A stretch of 64,000 nucleotides of DNA from Haliotis cracherodii. Taxonomy: Eukaryota. The stretch covers positions 124,001-188,000 of the forward strand of contig NW_027266271.1 in the NCBI RefSeq assembly GCF_022045235.1, in the 5' to 3' direction. Positions 50,481-64,000 of the stretch are shown one piece after another. Position numbers and translations under genes: made by a program. Numbering within the stretch: the first letter of the stretch is position 1; each line of letters starts with the position of its first letter. The notes below the pieces were generated by a model, which saw only the letters and a program-made list of their open reading frames with translations, was not told the origin of the DNA and searched no databases.

Positions 50481-53400
50481 GCAACTTCTTTCTATATGAC
50501 CTACAATTTAGCCATATGCCTTCTGCAGTAGAGGCGATGTCCCACTGGGTTTGTAAAGCCTTTATACTTTATCAAGCTCAACATACATACAATTAAAAAA
50601 CTCACCATAGGAAGCATTAACATTGTGCTGTGTACTCACGTCAAACACTCTTCACTCACAAGGAAATCGCCCTGAATTTTACATTGGTTATGACGCTTAT
50701 ATTCTCCCTCACCCTTGTCACACACTGGCTCAACGATGGCATTACTAGAAATTGATGTGCGTAGGGATATTTCAGAACAGAATGATCTTGTTCAACATCA
50801 GGTACATTTGACTCATAAGTAAGGGATGACATTTTAATAACTTTAAAGTCAGTCAATCAAGTTAGGTTTCCATGAGCCGTTGTGATGTAATCTACAAGGA
50901 CATTAACACAGGGATTTCCGTGTGCATTTAGTGTCGTGCTTATTACTTCATGTTCAACAAGATTGTCAACACCTTCGATATAATCTTTCTCGGAAATGAC
51001 TCCTCCTGGGTCGACAGTACGGTAATTGTTGCCATACCTACTTATATCCATCCACTGAGAGATTGCCACGATGTTTCAGAAACGTTCTCACAAGCCGGTA
51101 TTATCACAATCAAGTTCAGTTAGTTCGCTGAAAAATATATTGTTTGGATTACGTTTAGACCACCAACACGAATTCCATAACCCGAGCTACACAGTTTCCT
51201 CTTCTTTCATAGAGACCAGCCAGTTACCATGAAAGCGAAGTTTTTTACCTTGCCTGTGCTCATCTGTCATTGTTCGCATATTTGGTCTAAATGCAAGTTC
51301 TACTTGTGAAGGCATTTATCAATAAATACAGTTCAGTGCCAATCAAGGTATTTGTGATTTGGTTTCACGATTCTGCCACTCCTGGTAACTGTCATGTTAG
51401 GTTGAGTGTTGTTTTCTGGCACCACCATAGGTCTTGTGTCTTCACTTCTCTTTGTTGTCATTTCTTGTCCCATGTTAGTCTTTGTAACTTGTGTTTCAGT
51501 GTCTTTAGTGTTGAGTGTATATTCCTCAGGTGGGGACAGCTCATGTGTGAACAAGGGTTGTCTTCTATTCCTTCTCAGGTCTTTACCTTCCGAAGATATA
51601 ATGTAGGATCTGGGTGACTGATCCAGTTGTCTTACTAGTCCTAGTTTATCAAATCCATTATTTGTTAGAATTCTCACTAGGTCACCAGGTTCAAGTCTAG
51701 GCAGCAGTGTTGCTGTCTTGTCAAAATACTGTTTTTGTTGCCCTCACAGTTCTACAAGGCGTTTGTAGACAATTGATGGTTTTCGAATAACCGGTGAAAG
51801 TAGCTTTGGCGATATAGGAGTTTCAGTTTTGGTTCTGTGTTACATGAGGGCAGGCGATCCCAGGACTTGATCTCGGGTGATTTCTCTGGTTGAGTATGGC
51901 AAGGTATGGGTCACTGCCATACTTGATTTTTCCAAACCTAGCAAAGTGCCCTTTCAGCTTTTTCATTACAGCTGCAGAGCTAGTTGTGTTCAGAATGTTA
52001 ATTTCTATCCAACCGGAGTACGAATCGACGAGCACAAGGTATTCGGTTGAGTTCCAAGTGAATAGATCTGATGCAAGTATTTGCCAGGGCCTGGTAGGAA
52101 TATCATGACATTTTAGGGGCTCCTTCTGCTGTTGAGATTTGCAGCTGTTGCACACTGCACATTCAGCTACCCACTATTCAATGCCAGAGTTCATGTTACA
52201 CCAATACAGGAAATCTCTTGCTCTTCCTTTACACCGCTCTGCATTAAAGTGGTCTTGATGAATATGTTTCATGTAGTCATGCCGCAGTGATGTAGGGACA
52301 ATGACTTTGTCTCCTTTAAAGAGAATGTTGTCGCACTCTGTGATTTCATCTCTGAACGAGAAATATTTCCTTGCCTCTGGGTGAACATCTCGTTTGTACT
52401 GTGGCCAGCCATGTTTGACATATTGGCGAATTAATACAAGTTCCGGATCACGACCAGTTTCAGCCTTGAGCTGCTCACTTCTGGCATCTGTCATGGGTAA
52501 AACTTTCATTTCCTCCAATTCCTCAGAGTCAGGTACATTTGAATCATCTTTCAAGAAGGCTCTCCACAATGTGTCTGCAAAATGAAGTTCTTCACCCTTC
52601 TTATAGACTAACTTCAGGTCGTACTGTTGCAAACGTAAAAGCATTCTTTGCAACCGCGCCGGTGCAGCAAAGAGAGCTTTCTTGCATATGCTGATCAAAG
52701 GCTGGTGATCAGTCTCTTCTGTGACTTCTTTTCGAAGGATATAATCATGGAACTTCTCACAAGCAAACACAATTGCCAGGAGTTCTTTTTCGATCTGGGC
52801 GTATTTTACTTGTGTTTTCGTCATAGCCTGTGATGCATAAGCAATGGGACGACCGCTTTGGAGTACAGCCGCACCCAGTCCATTCTTCTAGACATCACAT
52901 GTTAGTGTGATGGGTTTGTTAACATCATAGTACTGTAGTATGTTGGGCTCACAAATGTCTCTCTTGATACCATCCAGAGCTTGTTGGTCAGTTTGATTCC
53001 AGTGCCACTGAATGTCACTCTGTAGCAGGTCTCTCAAGGGGGCTGCTTTCTCACTGAGATGGGGAATAAACATGGCAATGTACGTGACCATACCTATAAA
53101 TCGTCTGAGTGATGGAACATCATCTGGAGTCGGCATTTCAAAGATTGCCGTGACCTTCGCGGGGTCTGGTTTGACTCCCTGATCAGTTAACAAATGTCCA
53201 ATATAACTGACCTCTTTCACTTTGAAGTGAAATTTGTCCTTGTTGAGTTTCAGCCCTATTTTCCCAGCTCCGTCCAGCACTTTCGTTGCATTCTTGTCAT
53301 GCTCGTCTTCGTTTTCACCCCATATTATGATATCGTCCATGATACTTTCTCATAGCAGACCACTGAAAAGCATGTCCATGTTCTTCTGGAATACCTCACT

Positions 53401-54070
53401 TGCTCAGGTGATACCAAACGGCATGCACAAGTAACGATATCTGCCGAATGGCGTGTTAAAGGTGGTAAGCAGTGAAGTCTCATGTGTCAAAGGTATCTGC
53501 CAGAACCCTTTTGAAGCGTCCATTTTGGTGAATATCTTTGCTGATGGCATTCTGAACATTATTTCCTCAGTCATTTTTATTGGATAATGTTGTCTCTTCA
53601 ATGCACGTTTGAGATCTTTGGGGTCAATACATATCCGCACACTGTCCGAACCCTTTTTCTTTGCCACTACCATTGCTGACACCCAATCAGTTGGTTCGTT
53701 TATTGGAGCTATCACTCCTTCTTTAATCATTTTGTTTAATTCTGCTCTTATCTTTTCTCTCGTAGGTGCAGGAACTCGACGTGGAGGTCTGACTACCGGA
53801 GATACATCGGGATCAAATTGCGCATCATACGACACAGGTAAGTTTCCAAGTTTACTATCAAACAATTTAGGGTATATGTCAGTAATATCCTGTTTGGTCA
53901 TTCTTGTTTCAGCTTTCACATCATGGATGTCAAGTTTCACCATGCCCAAGGCATTCTTGTCAGCGTGTGCCGCTTCCACGAATATGCAAAACTCGAGTTC
54001 AAATTGCCACCAGTTGTCTGCGATGTCTTCTTCAAAGGATAAGGGTGCAGGTTTGTTAAATGCGTCAGCC

Positions 54071-54088
54071 ATCCCGCTTCTGACACCA
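54071..54088 (-). promoter_or_regulatory. Primer-binding site complementary to the tRNA-Leu 3' end
   Basis: Minus strand reads ...CTTACA|TGGTGTCAGAAGCGGGAT; it overlaps the gag ATG. Confidence 0.85.
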
Positions 54089-54320
54089 TGTAAGTTGCTG
54101 TGTCAAGTGAATCAAGTGAATCAACGAAAAGAGTGAACTTCTAATAAACCGTCTTCACTTGGGTCCATGTGTTTTCATAACAGAGCGCAGCTTCCGGTGG
54201 TTGGCCATATGTTGCGCAAGGGAGGTAACCCTAGCTGTAGCTGTATGGCACTTACCGATTGTTAAGATATGAATCTACAAGACTGTTTCACTCAGATCAT
54301 ATGGTAGATTTCTTCTTACA
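54089..54320 (-). repeat. Putative 5' LTR (TG...CA, 6-bp terminal inverted repeat TGTAAG/CTTACA)
   Basis: Abuts the PBS. The outer boundary is uncertain (alternative ~54279) because no second LTR is available for comparison. Confidence 0.6.
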
Positions 54321-55074
54321 ACTGAGCATTCATGTTCTGACACTGAATTTGACCTCTTGACCACATCCGAGAATTTGGTCGCAAGCGACTTTATCTTTCA
54401 GTCAGCACTGTTCAAATTAGCTTTATTTTCTGCATTTATAGCACTGTTCGTTTTCAATTTGTTTAATTTCATCAACTAGGAGTGCTACATGTTTCAAAGC
54501 CTTGGTTTCTTTTTTAAGGGCAGCAACGCGTTTTCGGACGGCCAGCTGCAACAAAACTGTCCGCTTCATTGGCGAACTGGGCCATCTTAATTGTCACGTG
54601 TTCAACACCGAATTGCCAATATCTGACAAAAGCAATAAAACATCAAATTTGCTTCACAATATGTTTTATTTAAACACAATACCTTTGGAGACGGATGGCC
54701 GAAGAGTCTTGACAGAAGCCGGGAAAGCGAGTTAGATCAATGAGATGTCAACATATTGTATTAAACGTAACCCTGACTTGTCTCAATAAAATGGATGTTT
54801 AACTTATAAAACAAAATCGTAAGACAGTTACTCTTGTGTAAAATGTGCCAGGTGTAGATTGACGCTTACTCGTTGTCAAAACATTGTTCATTGTGTTGTC
54901 TTTATGCCAAACAATCAGCATAGGGCTTAAGCTAAATGCGTGTTCTAAACAAATGAATGTTTTGTATTAATTGTATTGTCCGGGATGGAAGTTTCAGTTA
55001 AAACTGCCGCTTAAATAAAGTGTACTTCATTGAAAGATAGAGGGATATTAGTGGCTTGAATTTATCTTACAACA

Positions 55075-55585
55075 TACTCTCTACTTGTCTTGTTCAAAAA
55101 CATCATTATATCATGGACTACCGTATATCAGAGACAAACCTACAATGAAATAACATAGACAAATTCAATAACAAATATAAAAAATAACATGAAAATATTG
55201 CCATTATTTGTTTTTAAACCTGGTTAAGGGGAGATAAGTACTCTGCAAACATTTTAGTGTAACCTACACTAAGGGGCGATAGCTCCGGTTGGACTAGCCC
55301 TTCTATTTTGTGCATGTTACAAGGGGCACTGTCATTTTTTATATTTGTTGTAGATGACATCGCGTTGATAACCGCCATGTTAGCAGTTGAGAAGGCTAAA
55401 GAATGTGCTTGAATTAGTTTTATAGTCCCGGAGCATTAAGCTGGCATTTAGCTAACACCATACACTCTACTCTACTTGTCTTGTCCAAAACATCCATAAT
55501 TCTATCATGGACTACCATTTATTAGAGACACAAACCTAGAATGAAATAAACATAGACAAATTTAACAACAAATAAATTAAATAAA
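55075..55585. repeat. Diverged ~115-bp direct duplication (~55075-55190 and ~55465-55585)
   Basis: CTCTACTTGTCTTGT.CAAAA.CATC...ATCATGGACTACC...GAAATAA.CATAGACAAATT occurs twice. Confidence 0.75.
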
Positions 55586-55738
55586 ACTGATAATATAACA
55601 CTCAAAAATGCCTGTCATGTTATAATTTTTCTAATGTACACCACATTCACATTTGTTTAACTTAAAACAGCTTTTTGTCATACGATAACGTATTCTAGAT
55701 TCAGACATAGAATATGAATAATCATCATGTGGTGGATC

Positions 55739-55868
55739 CAGAGGCGGAATTCAGATGTCTAAACACACATCCTCCTTTTGAAATCCACAACCAGTGACCA
55801 GTATGCCCTTTCCGGCCCTTTCCGCGAGGGTAAAAACAGTTCGTTTGAAAAATCTGGATCCGCCTCTG
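55739..55868. mobile_element. 130-bp MITE with ~17-bp TIRs
   Basis: CAGAGGCGGAATTCAGAT ... ATCTGGATCCGCCTCTG; ATC flanks both sides. Confidence 0.6.
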
Positions 55869-56609
55869 ATCCTTAATGATCGTAAATAAACAAATATCCA
55901 ATCAAACTGACACACAAACATATCGGATACTCATTCCCAAGGCTATTTTTTTCTTTTTAAAATCTTTTATATTAAGTTTTAAATGAGAACTCAATACTAT
56001 ACTATACTTACTAATTTCAGGGCTTATTGATATTGTGCAGTCAGAAGATGCTCAACTTCAAGTCTTCTTTGCCAAAGATGTCCTAAAAAAAATAGTTGAG
56101 TTCATCCATCGTGTTTTGTGAATACACTTTTATAAGAGAATTCTTTCCTGAACAGAAACAAGGGTTTCAAATATGTATGACCATGGACTGAATATGTGAA
56201 TGTATCAACGCAAAAATATGTGCTAAGAAATTGCCTTAGCATGTAATCTGATCCGTTTGCTTGGTTCTTTGTCATTGTTGTACGATGGTAGTCAGTCACG
56301 GATTATTTTAAACATTTAATGCAAAACTTGTTTTTGTGAACAAATATCTGTTAGTTTGTTTGGATCTCTCCCAAAGACAGATGCCTCACAATGCAAGGAA
56401 CACAGAATGGCATGTACACTCTCCATTTCTTTCCTCCACGCTGACTTAGCTGTATCCAGAGACCTTATATCGGTATAGGGTCTCTGCTGTATCCAAACTA
56501 CTGCTACGACTACTAATACCATTACTGTTTATGAAGAGTCAACTTGTCTCTTCTGTCTGGTTTTACAGAGTAGCATGATAAAGGAGAACCAGTATTCATA
56601 AAATTGAGA

Positions 56610-59600
56610 AGCGAGGAGCAGACACTTGAACAGAGCGTGGACAGACAGTGAGGGGCAGACCCTTGTATACAGCATAGACGGACAGTGAGGGGGAGACCCT
56701 TGTATACAGTATGGACGGACAGTCAGGGGCAGACACTTGTATACAGTATAGACGGACAGTGAGGGGCAGACACTTGTATACAGTATGGACGGAGAGTGAG
56801 GAGCAGACCCTTGTATACAGTATGGACGGAGAGTGAGGGGCAGACCCTTGTATACAGTATAGACGGACAGTGAGGGGGAGACCCTTGTATACAGTATGGA
56901 CGGACAGTCAGGGGCAGACACTTGTATACAGTATAGACGGACAGTGAGGGGCAGACACTTGTATACAGTATGGACGGAGAGTGAGGAGCAGACCCTTGTA
57001 TACAGTATGGACGGAGAGTGAGGGGCAGACCCTTGTATACAGTAAGGACGGTCAATAAGGAGCAGACACTTGTATACAGTATGGACGGACATTAGGGAGT
57101 AGACACTTGTATAAAGTATAGACGGACAGTGAGGAGAAGACACTTGTATACAGTATGGACGGACAGTAGGGAGTAGACCCTTGTACACAGTATGGACGGA
57201 CAGTGGAGGAGCAGACACTTGTATACAGTATGGACGGACAGTAGCGAGTAGACACTTGTATACAGTATGGACGGACAGTAGCGAGTAGACACTTGTATAC
57301 AGTATAGACAGACAGTGAGGAGCAGACACTTGTATACAGTATGGACGGACATTAGGGAGTAGCCCCTTGTATACAGTATGGACAAACAGTGAGGGGCAGA
57401 CCCTTATATACAGTATGGACGGACAGTGAGGAGCAGACACTTGTACACAGTATGGACCGACAGTGAGGAGCAGACACTTGTATACAGTATGGACGGACAG
57501 TGAGGAGCACACCCTTGTCTACAGTATGGATGGACAGTGAGGAGCAGACACTTGTATACAGTATGAACGGACAGTGAGGAGCTGACAATTATATACAGTA
57601 TGGACGGACAGTGAGGGGCAGACACTTGTATACAGTATGGACGGACAGTAGGGAGTAGCCCCTTGTATACAGTATGGACGGACAGTAGGGAGTAGACACA
57701 TGTATACAGTATAGACGGACAGTGAGAAGCAGACACTTGTATACAGTATGGACGGACAGTAGGGAGTAGACCCTTGAATACAGTGTGGACGGAGAGTGGA
57801 GGAGCAGACACTTGTATACAGTTTGGACGGACAGTGAGGAGCAGACCCTTGTATACAGTTTGGACGGACAGTGAGGAGCAGACACTTGTATACAGTATGG
57901 ACGGACAGTGAGGAGCAGACACTTGTATACAGTATGGACGGACAGTAGGGAGTAGACACATGTATACAGTTGGACAGACAGTGAGAAGCAGACACTTGTA
58001 TACAGTATGGACGGACAGTAGGGAGTAGCCCCTTGTATACAGTATTGATGGACAGTGGAGGAGCAGACACTTGTATACAGTATGGACGGACATTGAAGGG
58101 CAGACCCTTGTATACAGTATGGATGGACAGTAAGGAGCAGACACTTGTATACAGTATGGACGGACTGTGAGGAGCAGACACTTGTATACAGTATGGACGG
58201 ACAATGAGGAGCAGACCCTTGTATACACTATGGACGGACAGTGAGGAGCAGACACTTGTTTACAGTGTAGACGGAGATTGAGGAGCTGACACTTGTATAC
58301 AGTATGGACGGACAGTGAGAAGCAGACACTTGTATACAGTATGGACGGACAGTAGGGAGTAGCCCCTTGTATACAGTATGGATGGACAGTAAGGAGTAGA
58401 CACATGTATACAGTATAGACGGACAGTGAGAAGCAGACACTTGTATACAGTATGGACGGACAGTAGGGAGTAGACACTTGAATACAGTATGGACGGACAG
58501 TGAGGAGCAGACACTTGTATACAGTATGGACGGACAGTGAGGAGCACACCCTTGTCTACAGTATGGATGGACAGTGAGGAGCAGACACTTGTATACAGTA
58601 TGAACGGACAGTGAGGAGCTGACAATTATATACAGTATGGACGGACAGTGAGGGGCAGACACTTGTATACAGTATGGACGGACAGTAGGGAGTAGCCCCT
58701 TGTATACAGTATGGACGGACAGTAGGGAGTAGACACATGTATACAGTATAGACGGACAGTGAGAAGCAGACACTTGTATACAGTATGGACGGACAGTAGG
58801 GAGTAGCCCCTTGTATACAGTATGGATGGACAGTGAGGAGTAGACACATGTATACAGTATAGACGGACAGTGAGAAGCAGACACTTGTATACAGTATGGA
58901 CGGACAGTAGGGAGTAGACACTTGAATACAGTATGGACGGACAGTGAGGAGCAGACACTTGTATACAGTTTGGACGGACAGTGAGGAGCAGACACTTGTA
59001 TACAGTATGAACGGACAGTGAGGAGCTGACAATTATATACAGTATGGACGGACAGTGAGGGGCAGACACTTGTATACAGTATGGACGGACAGTGAGGAGC
59101 AGACACTTGTATACAGTTTGGACGGACAGTGAGGAGCAGACACTTGTATACAGTTTGGACGGACAGTGAGGAGCAGACACTTGTATACAGTTTGGACGGA
59201 CAGTGAGAAGCAGACACTTGTATACAGTATGGACGGACAGTAGGGAGTAGACACTTGAATACAGTATGGACGGACAGTGAGGAGCAGACACTTGTATACA
59301 GTTTGGACGGACAGTGAGGAGCAGACACTTGTATACAGTATGGACGGACAGTGAGGGGCAGACACTTGTATACAGTATGGACGGACAGTAGGGAGTAGAC
59401 ACATGTATACAGTTGGACGGACAATGAGAAGCAGACACTTGTATACAGTATGGACGGACAGTAGGGAGTAGCCCCTTGTATACAGTATGGATGGACAGTG
59501 GAGGAGCAGACACTTGTATACAGTATGGACGGACATTGAAGGGCAGACACTTGTATACAGTATGGATGGACAGTAAGGAGCAGACACTTGTATACAGTAT

Positions 59601-62190
59601 GGACGGACTGTGAGGAGCAGACACTTGTATACAGTATGGACGGACAATGAGGAGCAGACCCTTGTATACAGTATGGACGGACAGTAGGGAGTAGCCCCTT
59701 GTATACAGTATGGACACCAGTGAGGTGCAGACACTTGTATACAGTATGGACGGACAGTGAGGAGCAGACCCTTGTATACAGTATGGACGGACAGTGAGGA
59801 GCAGACACTTATATACAGTATGGACGGACAGTGAGGGGCAGACACTTGTATACAGTATGGACGGACAGTAAGGAGTAGACACATGTATACAGTATAGACG
59901 GACAGTGAGAAGCAGACACTTGTATACAGTATGGACGGACAGTAGGGAGTAGACACTTGAATACAGTATGGACGGACAGTGAGGAGCAGACACTTGTATA
60001 CAGTTTGGACGGACAGTGAGGAGCAGACACTTGTATACAGTATGGACGGACAGTGAGGAGCAGACACTTGTATATAGTATGGACGGACAGTAGGGAGTAG
60101 ACACATGTATACAGTTGGACAGACAGTGAGAAGCAGACACTTGTATACAGTATGGACGGACAGTAGGGAGTAGCCCCTTGTATACAGTATGGGTGGACAG
60201 TGAAGGAGCAGACACTTGTATACAGTATGGACGGAAATTGAAGGGCAGACACTTGTATACAGTATGGATGGACAGTAAGGAGCAGACACTTGTATACAGT
60301 ATGGACGGACAATGAGGAGCAGACCCTTTGTATACAGTGTAGACGGAGATTGAGGAGCTGACACTTGTATACAGTATGGACGGACAGTGAGAAGTAGACA
60401 TTTTTTACAGAACAGACGGACAGTGAGGAGCAGACACTTGTATACAGTAAAGATGTACAGTGATGAGTAGACACTTGTATACAGTATGGACGAACAGTGA
60501 GGAGTAGACATTTGTATACAGTACGGACGGATAGTGAGGAGCTGGCAAATGTATACAGTATGGATGGACAGTGAGGAACAGACCCTTGTATACAGTATGG
60601 ACGGACAGTGAGGAGCAGACACTTGTATACAGTATGGACGGACAGTGAGGAGCAGACACTTGTACACAGTATGGATGGACAGTCAGGGGCAGACCCTTGT
60701 ATACAGTATGGACGGAGAGTGGGGAGCAGACCCTTGTATACAGTATTGACGGACAGTGAGGAGCAAACCCTTGTATACACTATGGACGGACAGTGTTGAG
60801 CTGGCACTTGTATACAGTATTGACGGACAGTGAGAAGTAGACACTTGTATACAGAATGGACAGACAGTGAGAACTAGACACTTGTTTACAGTATAGACGG
60901 ACAATGAGGAGCAGACCCTTGTATACAGTATGGACGGACAGTGAGGAGCAGACCCATGTATACAGTATGGACGGACAGTGAGATGCTAGCACTTGTAAAT
61001 AGTATGACCGGACAGTGAGGAGCAGAAAATTGTATACACTATGGACGGAAAATGAGGGGTAGACCCTTCTATACAGTATGGACGGACAGTGAGGAGCAGA
61101 CACGTGTATACAGTATGAACAAACAGTGAGGAGCAGACCCTTGTATACAGTATGGATGGACAGTGAGGAGGAGACACTTGTATACAGTATGGTCTGACAG
61201 TGAGGAGCAGACCCTTGTATACAGTATTGACGAACAGTGAGGAGCAGACACTTGTATACAGTATGGACGGACAGTGCAGAGCAGACACTTGTATACAGTA
61301 TGGACGGACAATGAGGAGCTGACCCTTGTATACACTATGGACGGACAGTGAGGAGCAGACACTTGTTTACAGTGCAGACGGACAGTGAGGAGCAGACAGT
61401 TGTATACAGTATGGACACCAGTGAGGAGCAGGCACTTGTATACAGTATGGTTGGACAGTGAGAAGTAGACACTTCTTTACAGAATAGACGGACAGTGAGG
61501 AGCAGACACTTGTATACAGTAAAGACGTACAGTGATGAGTAGACACTTGTATACAGTATGGACGGACAGTGAGGACCAGACAATTGTATACAGTATGGAC
61601 GGACAGTGAGGAACAGACACTTGTAAACACCATGGACGGACAGTGAAGGGCAGACACTTGTATACAGTATGGACGGACAGTGAGCAGCAGACACTTGGAT
61701 ACAGTATGGACGGACAGTAGGGAGTAGCCCCTTGTATACAGTATGGATGGACAGTGGAGGAGCAGACACTTGTATACAGTATGGACGGACATTGAAGGGC
61801 AGACCCTTGTATACAGTATGGGTGGACAGTAAGGAGCAGACACTTGTATACAGTACGGACGGACTGTGAGGAGCAGACACTTGTATACAGTATGGACAAA
61901 CAGTGATGAGCAGATACTTGTATATAGTATGGACGGACAGTGAGGAGCAGACACTTGTATACAGTATGGACAAACAGTGAGGAGCTGATACTTGTTAACA
62001 GTATGGTCAAACAGTGAGGGATAGACACTTGTATACAGTATGGGTGAGTGAGTTAAAGTTTTACGTCACATCGGCAGTATCTCAGCCATATAGTGACGAG
62101 TATACAGTATGGACAAACAGTGAGGAGGAGACACTTGTATACAGCATGGGCTGTTAGTGATGATCAGAAATGTTTACACAGTGTGGACTG
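56610..62190. repeat. 37-bp satellite (GTGAGGAGCAGACACTTGTATACAGTATGGACGGACA), ~150 units
   Basis: 37-bp periodicity with an internal TGTATACA palindrome. Confidence 0.98.
62044..62100 (-). mobile_element. 5'-truncated SINE tail inserted near the end of the 37-bp satellite
   Basis: GTGAGTGAG tail plus TTTTACGTCACATCGGCAGTATCTCAGCCATAT core (reverse complement of the SINE core). Confidence 0.65.
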
Positions 62191-62214
62191 GTAACATGTT
62201 TTGCCGGATCTTCA

Positions 62215-64000
62215 CTTAACATATGAAGCCTAATCTACACATCAACAACATATGATGCCTGATCTACACAGTAACATATGATGCCTGGTCTACACTGTTA
62301 CATATGATGTCTGATCTACACAGTAACATATGATGCCTGATCTACACAGTAACATATGATGCCTGATCTACACTATTACATATGATGCCTGATCTACACA
62401 GTCACATATGATGGCTGATCTACACTGTAACATACGATGGCTGATCTACACAGTAACATATTATGCCTGATCTACACAGTTACATATGATGCCTGATCTA
62501 CACAGTAACATATGATGCCTGATCTACACTGTTACATATGATGCCTGATCTACACAGTAACATATGATGGCTGATCTACACTGTAACATACGATGGCTGA
62601 TCTACACAGTAACATATGATTTCTGATCTACACAGTAACATTTGATGTCTGATCTACACAGTAACATATGATGCCTGATCTACACAGTAACATACGATGG
62701 CTGATCTACACTGCAACATATGATGGCTGATCTACACAGTAACATATGGAGTGTGATCTACACAGAAACATATGGTGTGTGATATACACAGTAACATATG
62801 GTGTGTGATCTACACAGTAACATATTATGTGTGATCTACACAGTAACATGTGATGCCTGATCTACACAGTAATATTTGAAGCCTGATCTACAGAATAATA
62901 TATGATTACTTATCTGTGCTGTAACATGTGATGCCTGATCTACACTGTAATATATGATGTGTGATCTATGCAATAACATATGATGTGTGATCTACACTGT
63001 AACATATGATGCCTGATCTACACAGTAACATATGATGTCTGATCTACACTTAACATCTGATGCCTGATCTACATAGTAAAATATGATGACGTATCTACAC
63101 AGTAATATATGATGTGTGATCTACACAGTAACATAAGATGTGTGATTTACACAGTAACATATCTACAGAGTAACTTTTGATGCCTGATCTACACAGTTAC
63201 ATAGGGTACTTGATCTACACAGTAACATATCATGTGTGATCTACACAGTAACATATGATGGCGTATCTACACAGAAACATATGGTACTTGATCTACACAG
63301 TAACATATGGTGTGTGATCTACACAGTAACATATGATGTGTGATCTACACAGTAACATATCATAAGTGATCTACACAGTAACATTTAATGCCTGATCTAC
63401 ACATTAACATATGATGCCTGATCTACACATTAACATATGATGTGTGCTCTACACAGTAACATATGATGTGTGATCTACACAGTAACATATGATGTGTGAT
63501 TTACACAGTAAGATATGATGTGTGATCTACACAGTAACGTTTGATGCCTGATCTACACATTAACACATGATGCCTCATATACAGTGTAACATATGATGTG
63601 TGATCTACACAGTAACATTTAATACCTGATCTACACAGTAACATCTGATGCCTGATCTACATAGTAAAATATGATGACGTATCTACACAGTAATATATGA
63701 TGTGTAATCTGCACTGTAACATATGATGTGTGATTTACACAGTAACATATGATATATGATCTACCAGGTAACTTTTGATGCCTGATCCACACAGTTACAT
63801 AGGGTACTTGATCTACACAGTAATATATGGTGTGTGATCTACACAGTAACATATGATGTGTGATCTACACAGTAACATATCATGTGTGATCTACACAGTA
63901 ACATATGATGACGTATCTACACAGAAACATATGGTACTTGATCTACACAGTAACATATGGTGTGTGATCTACACAGTAACATATGATGCATGATCTACAC
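62215..64000. repeat. 26-bp satellite (GATCTACACAGTAACATATGATGCCT), runs off the window end
   Basis: 26-bp periodicity; ~588-bp block duplication (63054 vs 63642). Confidence 0.97.

Larger units (their letters stand above)
51333..54320 (-). mobile_element. Gypsy/Ty3 LTR retrotransposon remnant (Mag-like), with 5' LTR and PBS, internal deletions and no recognisable 3' LTR
   Basis: RT (VRICIDPKDL, KMDASKGFWQIPL, MPFGI, IMDDIIIWG), RNase H (YAQIEKELLAIVFACEKFHDY), integrase zinc finger and core (PWQILASDLF, LVDSYSGW), C-terminal VTRSGRIVKP. Confidence 0.93.

Noticed and set aside
56529-62028. Very long Cys/Ser/Tyr-rich minus-strand ORFs (up to 591 aa)
   Set aside because: Artefact of a 37-bp unit whose minus strand has no stop in any frame; all three frames give the same rotating peptide.

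Overview
Eukaryotic, repeat-rich genomic DNA. The SINE families suggest a mollusc, probably abalone (Haliotis), but that is inferred. Roughly 45% of the window is tandem satellite DNA (44-, 38-, 62-, 27-, ~17-, 37- and 26-bp units). The only intact host gene is an alpha-1,3-fucosyltransferase (GT10) with a single coding exon at 5542-6630 (+). The rest is transposable-element debris: a full-length but mutated Ngaro-type tyrosine-recombinase retrotransposon inserted in the 62-bp satellite (10497-15510, -), a Polinton/Maverick-type integrase fossil, two Tc1 remnants, a 3.3-kb non-autonomous IS3EU-like element with a 6-bp TSD, a decayed I/Nimb-type LINE, an internally deleted Gypsy element, several tRNA-derived SINEs and palindromic MITEs. 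The most striking observation is in the Ngaro element. Its SGNH-hydrolase ORF has no ATG and begins right after a canonical splice acceptor. A perfect, phase-matched donor lies 36 codons into gag. Together these predict an env-style spliced subgenomic mRNA encoding a basic Gag leader fused to the hydrolase. The same element lacks the expected split direct repeats, shares a 4-bp ATAA core at both junctions, and carries twin G-U-containing hairpins near its 3' end.
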